Shown one piece after another: positions 48,347-57,731 of a stretch of 64,000 bases of DNA (position 1 is the stretch's first letter; every line of letters starts with the position of its first letter). The stretch spans positions 33,002-97,001 of IMG/VR virus record IMGVR_UViG_3300047576_000028. One strand, written 5' to 3'. The notes under the pieces are model-generated. The model was not told the DNA's origin and did not search any database. It saw only the letters and a list, made by a program, of their open reading frames with translations. The translations under genes and the position numbers were made by a program. This stretch comes from a virus (taxonomy: Duplodnaviria; Caudoviricetes).

Positions 48347-49582
48347 CTGACTCCAGTCATGGGGAGGACGGGAGAATCGGCGCGGAGCACCGACTGCATT
48401 TCTCCCGTTATCGTGATATAATTGTCACTATGAGCAAGCGGGCAATTCGGTGTAAGCTGTCGCCTACTCCCACGATGACCGCTTCTCTTTCCGAAACGTG
48501 CGCCGCCTTCGCCGACGCCTGCAATGCAATTCTGGCCGTTGCTGTTAAAACTGGGGTTTCTAACAACGTTGCACTCCAACGGCTGACATATCGCAACGCC
48601 AGGAACGACTTCAAATTGTCCGCCAACCTTGCGGTTCGCGCGGTTCGTCGTGTCTCGCAGTCCATGACTGCCTGGAAGGTCCGTGGTGGTAAACCGAAAG
48701 AGTTCCGTCCGACCAGCATCGACTATGACGCCCGCATCTTCGATTACCGGGCCAAGGATGAAACTGTTTCGCTGACTGTTATAGGCGGACGCATTCATGT
48801 CCCGCTGATCTTGGGTGATTATCAGAGAGATGCATTGACGGGGAAGAAGCCTACTGCTGCCGTTGTGGTCCGGGCCGGAAGCGCTTGGCAGATCAACATC
48901 GTTGTCGAAGACAAAGACCCCCCGCCTGCCGATGGACCGCCCATGGGCGTTGACCTCGGCATCCGAAATACTGCCGCGACCTCTCACGGCACGCTGTATA
49001 GCGGGTCCAGCAGGCAGAAGTTCAAGAACGGGCGCAACAAAGTTCGCGCATCCCTCCAGTCCAGAAACAACCGCTGTGCCCGCAAGGTACTGCGCAGACT
49101 CTCTGGGCGGGAGCGCCGCCATATTACGTGGTCGAACCACAATCTCAGCAAGGCCATCGTTGCCGAAGCCAAAGACACGCAATCCGGGATTATTCGGATG
49201 GAACGGCTCAAAGATATTCGGCAGCGGTGCAAGATCCGCAACAGGCACACCAACCGGATGATGTCCGGCTGGTCGTTTGGGCAACTGCAAGCCTTCGTTG
49301 CCTATAAAGCTGCGCGTTGCGGAATCAAGATCGAGTACGTTGACCCTGCATATACTAGTCAGACGTGCGCCCAATGCGGCGCGCTCGGCAAGCGCAGGGG
49401 CGACGTGTTCTCGTGTACAACCTGTGGCACTGCTCATGCGGATATTCAAGCCGCCATGAACATTGCAGCAGGCGGAGTCGTCCGGCATGGCCGGAGTAAG
49501 CCGACTCGAACCGCAGCGAAATGTTTTGATATTTCGCATGTGGAATCTAAAAGCCCCCGGCTTTAGCCGTGGAGTTGCTTAC
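48347..49582 (+). mobile_element. IS200/IS605-family tnpB-only element, family A (outer left end missing)
   Basis: Partial left end ctgactccagtcatggggaggacgggagaatcggcgcgg, right-end hairpin and TTAC. Confidence 0.85.
48430..49566 (+). CDS. tnpB: RNA-guided endonuclease TnpB (catalytic motifs intact)
   Basis: Start MSKRAIRCKL 7 nt after TATAAT; MGVDLG, RMERL and HADIQAA motifs; CAQC..CTTC. Confidence 0.95.
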   Translation: MSKRAIRCKLSPTPTMTASLSETCAAFADACNAILAVAVKTGVSNNVALQRLTYRNARNDFKLSANLAVRAVRRVSQSMTAWKVRGGKPKEFRPTSIDYDARIFDYRAKDETVSLTVIGGRIHVPLILGDYQRDALTGKKPTAAVVVRAGSAWQINIVVEDKDPPPADGPPMGVDLGIRNTAATSHGTLYSGSSRQKFKNGRNKVRASLQSRNNRCARKVLRRLSGRERRHITWSNHNLSKAIVAEAKDTQSGIIRMERLKDIRQRCKIRNRHTNRMMSGWSFGQLQAFVAYKAARCGIKIEYVDPAYTSQTCAQCGALGKRRGDVFSCTTCGTAHADIQAAMNIAAGGVVRHGRSKPTRTAAKCFDISHVESKSPRL

Positions 49583-50389
49583 CGACATACTGTGCCGCGC
49601 CTGCTCCTCAGTAACGAAGCGGCGCGGCGGTAATGGCTGTCCATCGAGTCCGCGCCGTGGCTTCGTCGTCGGGTCGCTACACAGCCAAGAATGTCGAACG
49701 TAGAAATCCTCTAGGCTAAGCGTTGCTCGCGCGCCAGGATAGTAGCGGATTGGGTCGTTTGGCGTCCCAACTCCCTCACGTAATGCCTGTTTCGTTTCTT
49801 CCATAGTTATACGCTCATTACCTTTGCCGCCTGCCGATTGCTCCGCCGCGATACCTCTCGGCAGTGCGCCGGGCATAGCTGCCTTCCACGATGCAAACCC
49901 CAACCGAGGGCTAATAACTGGCGCTGCGCATCGTTGTGGTCATCTCCAAATGCCTGTACCATCTTCGCGCAATTGCGGCCTTCGCAGGTAAGTTGCACGC
50001 GCGTTCTGCCGCCAATGATGGCTTCGTGGTACATTAGTTTACGTCTCCCTTGCTTCTGCCGCCGCGCGCCGAAAGACGCGCACGTACTCCGCAAACGCCC
50101 GCGCCTGCCACTTCCAGAAAGCGCGCGTGGCGACGGAATGAGCGACTAGCGTTTGAGCCGCCCAGAGAGACAGGTCCGGGACGAGCGCCACGATAGAGAC
50201 CGCCAACAGCAAGAGCGTTGCGGAGCCGGTGAATAGATCGCGATAGTTCATGCGCGGCCTGCCTTCACTCCGCAACCTTGCGGCAGACTGACTTTAACGG
50301 TGCGCCTTCTTCGTCATCGGCGATCTTTCCGCAACCATCGCAACGCGGACACTTCTCATCGTTTGTCATGAAATAGGCTCCCTTGGTAA

Positions 50390-50728
50390 TTATAATCCAC
50401 GTGTGATCCCTGGTTGCTTCATTCTTTCAGGGTGGTCCTTGCGGAATACATAGAAGGCGTCGATACGGTTCTGAATGCCACGCATTTGAAAATCGGTGCA
50501 TCCTTCCTCGCCGCATTCGGTGCGGTATGGAATAAGCGCGCCGACCAGGGCGATATTATCCCTTGCACGAAAGAGGCACAACGGCTCATCTTCGGGTATC
50601 GGCTGAGCGGTAGAGTTCTTCACCACGCGGAGTTTCCCGTCAATGACGGCCATGCCATACTTGGGATCTATGGGCGTAATCTCGATACGCGGCAGTATCG
50701 GTAATCTTATTTGTTTGTCGTCTGTCAT
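50390..50728 (-). CDS. Hypothetical phage protein
   Basis: IPEDEPLCLFRARD motif. Confidence 0.55.
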   Translation of the reverse strand: MTDDKQIRLPILPRIEITPIDPKYGMAVIDGKLRVVKNSTAQPIPEDEPLCLFRARDNIALVGALIPYRTECGEEGCTDFQMRGIQNRIDAFYVFRKDHPERMKQPGITRGL

Positions 50729-50838
50729 AATAGGCTCCGTTGCCCCGCATTCTCTCCCTGTGCGGCTTTCGGGGCGTCGGCAGGGCGGTCATTACCGACG
50801 CCGAAGGCAGAAGCGGTGAATAGATCGCGGTAGTTCAT

Positions 50839-50876
50839 AAGGGCCTTTCGCGCGGGAAACCGCTGCCTTCAGCCAT
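50839..50876 (+). mobile_element. Family-B left-end remnant
   Basis: TCAT followed by aagggcctttcgcgcgggaaaccgctgccttcagccat. Confidence 0.75.
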
Positions 50877-51892
50877 ATCTGTATCAATTACAGAAGCGCC
50901 GGAATCCAGCATGAAGCGGTCCTGTCCGTAGCGTTCGATTAAGGCGCGTCTCACTTCAGCGTTGCTCTCGGCGAGAATAGCGGATGACGTTACTTCCTGG
51001 CAGTAATACTTCCAAGACATCCGAATGCCATGCCATGCATAAACTCCCCAACCATCGCCATAGGAAATGGCCGCTTCCGTAGCATGATGCAACCGCCCGC
51101 GCTCATCAAGATGCAAGGCTGCCGGTTTCTCGGTAGCTAGCACCATATGCTTAAATGGCCACCACCATCCACAGTGACGGGCCTGCTCAAACAGCCCGTC
51201 TAGTTTCTCGCACGCTTTAAGGCCACAGACGTCGAGGAAATAGGAATAGAATGATAGCACTCCTGCATCGTGAGATCCATACACGCTGGCCCCCACGCTG
51301 GCCACGCTGGCCCCCACGCTGGCCCACGCTGGCCCCCACGCTGGCCCGCACGCTGGCCCACACGCTGGCCCACACGCTGTCCCACCCTGGCCCACACGCT
51401 GTCCCGCACGCCCACCACGCTGTCCCCCACGCTGGCCCCCACGCTGTCCGCTGGCCCACACGCTGTCCCTCACGCTGTCCCCCACGCTGTCCCTCACGCT
51501 GGCCCCCACGTTGGCCCCCACGCTGTCCCACACGCTGTCCCACAGGCTGGCCACCACGCTGGCCACCACGCTGGCCCGCACGCTGTCCCGCACGCTGTCC
51601 CGCACGCCCCCACGCTGGCCCACACGCTGGCCCACACGCTGGCCCACACGATCTTGCGGTTGTCACGCAAATTCGTAACAACCGTGTAGGCTAGAGCGCC
51701 AGCTAATGGCGACTTGAACCACACGATTCGCTTAGGCGCGGCCATGCCAGCCTTCTCATAACACAGATGGATAGCTGCCTCTGCCTTTGCGTGGTCCGTA
51801 GGCTCAACGGAAAGCCCGATAGCCTTCCACCGGGCTACGACTTCTGGGAAACGTGCTATCTGTTCAGGCGTTAGGGACTCAATTCGTGCCAT
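50877..51892 (-). pseudogene. Second DUF6745-like allele, frameshifted within the 12-bp repeats
   Basis: Flanking domains are near-identical to 40216-41357; partial repeat units break the frame. Confidence 0.75.
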
Positions 51893-52264
51893 CGGCGTTC
51901 TCTCCAGTCAATCCGCCACGGAGCGGATCTCTTCCCTCTCATTGCTCCGTGCCTAACAGCTATTCCTGCGTGCCTTCTAGCGAAGGCGCGGGAAGCGGAG
52001 GTTCGGCAGTATCGCCGATACCGGCATCTTGTTCGGCAGCGCGCGTCAGTTGTGCGTTTCCTGCCTCGTGATAGGCGCAATGCCACGTGAGTCTCCAGTC
52101 GTGGGGACCGTACTCCTTTGGCTCGGGGTCCGCATCGCATTCGATACAAGCCCCATCTTCTTCGAACCACTCGAATACTACGGTGAATTGGCCGCTATGC
52201 TTGCCGGACACCGTTACGATGCTACCAGCGGAAGTACGATAGGTGCCATTAGAGAGTCCCATTG

Positions 52265-53461
52265 TTACTCCTTTCGCCCCCTTGGATGCGCTTTCGCCGC
52301 TTCCATCTGACGCCGAAGCTCATCCATCGTAGGTGGCCGCGTCCCGCCATTGCTCGCTTCCCGCTCTTGGGCGGCTTCAGGTGCAATCGGAGGCGCGTCC
52401 GGCGTAGTTTCGGTGCTGGGCGGCTCCGCTCCTACTGGCGCTCCTGGCGTTACCAGGGGAGCGGCGGCTTCTGGCACAGTTTCGCTCCCCGTGTCGGCCT
52501 GAACTTCTGGCGGCGGCTCGCCCGTGTCTTCGTCCTGTTGCGCCGCATTGATGGCATCCGCTTCCGTTGCGCGGGCTAGGAGTTCATCGTACAGTGCCTT
52601 GCCCATCGCCTTTTTTGCCGGGGTATTGAGAGAAGCGCAGAATGCTTTGTAGGCCGTAACTCCCTCTTCAGCAGCGGCACGGGCGCGCTTGCGGGTTTGT
52701 TCCCATTGGTCAGCTTGCGGAGCACGTTCGTTCCATATGCGGATCGCTTCTCCATCGGCTTTAGATAGTAGTTTTTTGCCAGGGAATACGTGGGCTAGCA
52801 TCTTCGGGACCTTGACCGGATTCGCGAGGTGCGTATCGGCGTCTAGCCGGAATGAAATTAATGCCTCAAAAACCAGATTTTTCTCTGTATCCGCAACGGT
52901 ACCGAGCGGGATGAACTCCGTCTTTTCGTAGCGTTCTTGGCCATCGTTAGAGATAAGGTCACCAGCCTTAACTGGCTTCATCTTCTCGTGCGCGCGCAGC
53001 AGGAAGAAAATACTCATGCGGGAAGATAGGCAATAATTCACGAATTTCTTGTGCTCTATCTTGGCCTTGGCCCAATTGGCCATCCCCCCCAATTTGTTCT
53101 TCTCCGCTATTTCGCACGCTCCGTCTGTTCCAGACCACTCATGCGAGGTAGAATCTATGAGACATACGGTGACTCCAGCCTTTTCCATGGCGGTCAACGC
53201 TTCGATGTAACGAGACGGACTGTATGGTGCCGAAAGGTCGAGAACTTTATAATGCCCTCCAGGCATGGCGGCACATATGTCCGGGTCGTCAGAATAAAGA
53301 GACCCTCTCCGTGCTTCAGTATCTATCATTCCGACTACGCCATCCGGGCCAGCCAAACCAGCGGCCAGTAATAATCCGCTGAACGTTTTCCCGCCGCCAG
53401 TAGGCCCGTATATTGCGGCCAGTATAGGTATGCGCTTCCTGATCGCGTCAGTCACCGTCAT
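52265..53461 (-). CDS. AAA ATPase (Sak4-like / AAA_24 recombination protein)
   Basis: GPTGGGKT, IDTE and LIDSTSHEW motifs; adjacent to the exonuclease. Confidence 0.8.
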   Translation of the reverse strand: MTVTDAIRKRIPILAAIYGPTGGGKTFSGLLLAAGLAGPDGVVGMIDTEARRGSLYSDDPDICAAMPGGHYKVLDLSAPYSPSRYIEALTAMEKAGVTVCLIDSTSHEWSGTDGACEIAEKNKLGGMANWAKAKIEHKKFVNYCLSSRMSIFFLLRAHEKMKPVKAGDLISNDGQERYEKTEFIPLGTVADTEKNLVFEALISFRLDADTHLANPVKVPKMLAHVFPGKKLLSKADGEAIRIWNERAPQADQWEQTRKRARAAAEEGVTAYKAFCASLNTPAKKAMGKALYDELLARATEADAINAAQQDEDTGEPPPEVQADTGSETVPEAAAPLVTPGAPVGAEPPSTETTPDAPPIAPEAAQEREASNGGTRPPTMDELRRQMEAAKAHPRGRKE

Positions 53462-53592
53462 CGACTATTCCCCCACCGCTTCGCCGCGCCCTGCTTGCCA
53501 ATCTCAGATAACTGCTCCGGCGTGAGGTTGCGCTTGCGCGCCTTCCCGCCTTTTCTGCCAAGAGCTACGGCTGCTGGATTCTTACGTTTCAT
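53458..53592 (-). CDS. Small basic ALGRKGGKAR protein, copy 2
   Basis: Manual translation MKRKNPAAVALGRKGGKARKRNLTPEQLSEIGKQGAAKRWGNSR; ATGA overlap with the ATPase. Confidence 0.7.
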   Translation of the reverse strand: MKRKNPAAVALGRKGGKARKRNLTPEQLSEIGKQGAAKRWGNSR

Positions 53593-53597
53593 CTGTA

Positions 53598-53627
53598 ATT
53601 ATATACCTAGCGATAGGTACTTGTCAA
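53598..53627 (-). promoter_or_regulatory. Consensus promoter with a palindromic operator in the spacer
   Basis: TTGACA-agTACCTAtcgcTAGGTA-TATAAT; leaderless. Confidence 0.7.
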
Positions 53628-53631
53628 GCGG

Positions 53632-54603
53632 CTAGTTCCAAGCTATCTGCTTAATGTCCATGTCTTCCAATGGTTCAATCCCGCGCGGCTCACGCCACGG
53701 TTTATCGCCGTAACGCTTGACGCAAGCGCAATACAGGTCCAGTAAGTCGCATACCTGTTTCCGCGCCATAATCCAATAGAGCGTCGCCTGCCCCCCGACC
53801 TTCGGCCCGAGCAATCGCAACCGTACTTCGTGGGGTTCTTCCGACTCCACGAAGCAAAGAACCGGCAAGGCCCCAACTTCACCGGCTAACTCACGGATCA
53901 TTGTGTATAGGTACATTTTACCCAGATAATTTTCGTACCAAATGGCATCGTTTACGGTCTTGTCGATTGACTTATTGCTTCGCTTGACCGAGAACGTCTT
54001 TAGATCCGGCGTGTAATGCGCCGTAACCGCGTCCATCCGGGCCTTCAGTACTATACCGCGCTCTTTGTCTTTGACCTCGTAGAACTCTTCTACACGCGCG
54101 CCCTTCAGGAGTTCTTGCATCTTCGGCTCCGCATTCAAAGCCTCCGCGCAAGCGATGATGCGAAGCCAATCGTCCTTGGCGAATTGAACTTTTCCGGTAT
54201 TCTCCTGACGGTGCGCCTCGCACATCAAATCCCAGATTAGCGGCGGATCTTCCCCGGCATGTTTTTGTTCAAATGTCGCTCGCACTTGAGATACAAGATC
54301 TGCCTTAAGTGTTCCTTTTGGGTTTTTACCCCTATCGCGTAGCCACTGCCGAAGGTTATCATTGGTGACCAGTAACCCATCGAAATCGGATTGAGATAAG
54401 GAACAAGCGTACCTGTCGTTGAATTGCTCTGGCTCTAGCACTGCGCAGTGTAATGCCGAGCCGAAAGTCATCTCCGGAGATGTCCTGGATGGAGGTCTGT
54501 CGGGGTCTACATTCCTAGCCCAGAATCTAAAGGGAGACACCGCTAGGTCTTTCAGCGAAGACCAAGACACTCCTGGCATCTCGGCATATTGCTCATGAGT
54601 CAT
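53632..54603 (-). CDS. PD-(D/E)XK exonuclease (RecE / exonuclease VIII, DUF3799-like)
   Basis: VSWSSLK, FGSALHCAVLEP, LKARMD and DLKT motifs. Confidence 0.85.
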   Translation of the reverse strand: MTHEQYAEMPGVSWSSLKDLAVSPFRFWARNVDPDRPPSRTSPEMTFGSALHCAVLEPEQFNDRYACSLSQSDFDGLLVTNDNLRQWLRDRGKNPKGTLKADLVSQVRATFEQKHAGEDPPLIWDLMCEAHRQENTGKVQFAKDDWLRIIACAEALNAEPKMQELLKGARVEEFYEVKDKERGIVLKARMDAVTAHYTPDLKTFSVKRSNKSIDKTVNDAIWYENYLGKMYLYTMIRELAGEVGALPVLCFVESEEPHEVRLRLLGPKVGGQATLYWIMARKQVCDLLDLYCACVKRYGDKPWREPRGIEPLEDMDIKQIAWN

Positions 54604-54945
54604 GGAGCATCCTATTCGGCCTTAACTAAAAACGGAGTCAATAAAGCCCGTTCCGTAGTCCATCCAAGCATAGATCCGCACTTACAATGCAGCATTTGAG
54701 GTTCACTAGGCGGAGTCTTACGTAGAACTTTCATGACTGTATCCCCCACACTGCTTCAATGGCTTGCGCTGCTTGCGTAAGCGTAGCGAACACTCCTAGA
54801 AAGCCGGTGCCGAACTCTGTTCGCGGAAAGCGGCCATCGTATGCGCGGTACTGATGTGGATCTTGACGTGGCTCGGGCTTCACGAATCCCCAGTGCCCTT
54901 TGTAATAAGCTTCGTATTCGCCTTCGTTAAGAAACCAGTGCAGTG

Positions 54946-55092
54946 TCATGTGATTAGCCTATTATAGGTGAGACGCTTACCTACGCACCCGGCAACGAAG
55001 CTATTGAGCCGCGCCGTGGTGTGGTTGCGGACGTTACCCTCGTTCAGTCGGAAGGTGAACTCATCGACGTAGCGATGCAGGTGCTTTTTGCT
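54946..55092 (-). pseudogene. IS1595-family transposase C-terminal fragment (second copy at 58074-58220)
   Basis: SKKHLHRYVDEFTFRLN...GKRLTY motif. Confidence 0.75.
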
Positions 55093-55251
55093 ACCGCTCT
55101 CGGGTACTTCGCATACAACTTCATCAAGATTCATTCGACTCTCCGCACGACTCCTGCGATGGCCGCTGGAGTGACTGATCGCCTCTGGGAGGTATCGGAT
55201 TTAGTTGCCGCGTGGGAAGCGGACGAACGGCGCGAAGAGATAGCCGCATAA
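55088..55251 (+). pseudogene. IS1-like DDE transposase C-terminal fragment (second copy at about 58216-58379)
   Basis: YNFIKIHSTLRTTPAMAAGVTDRLW motif. Confidence 0.7.
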
Positions 55252-55281
55252 AGCGCCGAACCTAGACTAATCAGACGAACG

Positions 55282-55860
55282 ATGACAATCGATCCCAGCG
55301 CCAGAAATAAGAAGCAAGATCGTTTCCATCGGCTCTTCGGTTGGGATTCACCTAAGGCCGTCGCAATCGTCCACCTTGTTTTTGAGTGGCTAGAAACAGT
55401 ATCGCTGGCGTTGGCTATTGGTCTGGTTACCCAGCAGACATTCGCGGGTAGGGACTGGTACTCAATGCCGGATTTGCAAAACGTGGTTGCAGGCTGCGCT
55501 CTGGCAGATTGGCTCAACGCTAACAGCATCGCCACGGCCATTAGCGCAATACACAACCGGCCAGCAGATAGCGTAGTGGTGGTTAATGTAGGCCCAAAAC
55601 CAACAACGCTAGGAATGTTGAATGAGTTGAGATCACAGGGAAACTGGAACTTCTGGCGTAGCCAAGAGCGCGCTCCGTTATATAGACCGATAGCGGCAGA
55701 AGATGTTAAATCACTCCGTCTCTTGCTGGAAAAGATCGGTGGAGGAGACACAGCCTTCTTGCAATTTATGGGCGTGGCGCGTGTCGAGGATATCCTGCAA
55801 TACGATTTCCCAAAAGCCGTGAATGCCCTGAGGGGTAAACTGCGCGGGATGGGGCAATAA
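55282..55860 (+). CDS. Hypothetical protein (second copy 58410..58988)
   Basis: 192-aa ORF after the transposase fragment; possibly chimeric. Confidence 0.45.
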   Translation: MTIDPSARNKKQDRFHRLFGWDSPKAVAIVHLVFEWLETVSLALAIGLVTQQTFAGRDWYSMPDLQNVVAGCALADWLNANSIATAISAIHNRPADSVVVVNVGPKPTTLGMLNELRSQGNWNFWRSQERAPLYRPIAAEDVKSLRLLLEKIGGGDTAFLQFMGVARVEDILQYDFPKAVNALRGKLRGMGQ

Positions 55861-57437
55861 CGCCAAAGTAGCCCACTACCGGAGTTTTCATCGCACCACA
55901 TGGCCGCTATGCGAATGGCTTCCTCTCGCCGTATTTTGGCATGTTCAAATACGCCGTGCCTGCGTAGTGTTTCTACCTCGTCTGGTTCGATGCTAGACGG
56001 AAGCAGGGAACCGTCTTTCGAGATATAGAGCACGCTGTCGTAACTCTCATCTTTGATAGCGCCGCGCATCTCCACGATGTCATCCGATGCGCCAAAGATA
56101 ACCAGAAGACCGTTAGTCTTAGCGGCTAGTTCCTCGGTAGCTAGAAGTTCCTCGCCGTATTCACGTCCGTTCAGAGTAGAAGCTAAAGATTCTTTCGTCA
56201 TTGATTCGCGACCTGTCGCGGCACCGAATTTATGATCCATTCCGACTTCTCGGTAATGGTCTTCCATGGCGCTGTGTTCTCGCTGCGCATCTTCCCATTC
56301 GACCTCCACCCCTTTGCCCGCTGGTCCGCTTCATTCACGGGATTGTCCGCGTGCCAACCTCTGCCTCTAAGTTGCGCTCTACCTTTATGTCGTCCATAAA
56401 GATATGTTCGCTTGGCTTCGGAGTTTGTGAGCCTTCGCCAATACCTGAGAAAATACCATATGGGCTGCACATTAGCGCTGCCGAAGCCTCCGTTTGGAAT
56501 CGGATAGCTTTATGAGGATCGTCCGTCCAAATCGGATTATCGTAATCAAACCCCGCAAGCCAGCGCGGAAACTGATGACGTTCTGCAAACCAGCAAATTG
56601 CGTCCGGCGTGAAACTGACAATGGTTGTGTCGCTGGAAGCGACCGCGATGGTTTGGCCGGCGGCCAACTGCGCCCCCGCTTCCCCGCTCGCGTCCGTTCC
56701 AATGATGAAATACTTCTCGTTCTTCGTGTTCAACGGCAAACTCAACATACGTTTTTCTCCTGTTTTCTGAAATACAAACCTAAACGACGTTGCATGTTTC
56801 GGTTTTAGCGATACAAACCTTAACGACATTGCAGGTTTCGGTTTTAGCAATTCCCGCAATAACTCCTCAATCCGTTCGAGCGTTTCCAACATCTTGCTGG
56901 TCTGCCATCGCTCCATGGCATCTATAGGCATGGGTCTTCCACCTCCAAGTCAACCCCTTTCGCGGTGCTGTCGTAATCCGCCTCACGCGCAGCCTGTTTC
57001 AGCAGCGCGCGGGTTTCAACCAGCATGATGGGCACGTCATCGGGCATCTTCATCCTCTGTGGCGATGCTACTGCGCGTCCGCTGCCATGCAGCTTGCCGC
57101 CGGGGCCGTCATAGATTCCGCCGTCAATCATCTTTCCCTCCCTGCACCGACTCGCTCCAGGGCGCGCTTCAGTAGCTTTGACATGTACGCGCTGAACGAC
57201 ATTCCAATAGCTTCGGCGCGCGCGCGACCTGCCGCCAGAAGAGTCTTGGGAATACTGACCGTTATCGGCATCGGTGGATCTACACTTCCTGGTCTGCCCA
57301 TGTGATTTATTTAATCATAAAACTACCGAAAGTGTCAAGCGTTAGTGGGCTTGTCAAAGGCCACAATGACGGCCCCTTAGAAACAACCTCATCCTCTTGG
57401 CACTGCAATGCCTGCATCTTTTCTCGCGCCGCATAGA

Positions 57438-57731
57438 CTACTGAATCGCGCCAAGTTGCAGTACCCTTCGGTTCGCGCGGAACGTGAACAGGTTCGTCAC
57501 TACCATTCGTTTAAATCCCCAGCGCTGCGCAAAACCCCTGCACTTACGAAATTGCTCTGGCTCTAGCACTGCGCAGTGTAATGCCGAGCCGAAAGTCATC
57601 TCCGGAGATGTCCTGGATGGAGGTCTGTTGGGGTCTACATTCCTAGCCCAGAATCTAAAGGGAGACACCGCTAGGTCTTTCAGCGAAGACCAAGACACTC
57701 CTGGCATCTCGGCATATTGCTCATGAGTCAT
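57438..57731 (-). pseudogene. Chimera of the exonuclease N-terminus and a DUF1643-like fragment
   Basis: First ~61 aa nearly identical to 53632..54603, then RKCRGFAQRWGFKRMVVTNLFTFRA. Confidence 0.6.

Larger units (their letters stand above)
54422..56604. repeat. 2183-bp direct repeat (second copy 57550-59732)
   Basis: Near-identical with offset 3128; one SNP seen (54501 c vs 57629 t). Confidence 0.9.

Noticed and set aside
48187-48429. 81-aa N-terminal extension of TnpB in the ORF track
   Set aside because: It crosses the element left end; TATAAT lies just before ATG 48430, the likely start.
40216-51918. Two near-identical gene copies as the template and variable regions of a diversity-generating retroelement
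   Set aside because: No reverse transcriptase in the window, only about 5 SNPs that are mostly synonymous, and the main variation is in repeat number.
55131-56309. 392-aa ORF (and its copy 58259..59437) as one protein
   Set aside because: Chimeric: a phage gene N-terminus runs into the antisense strand of ORF 55282..55860.
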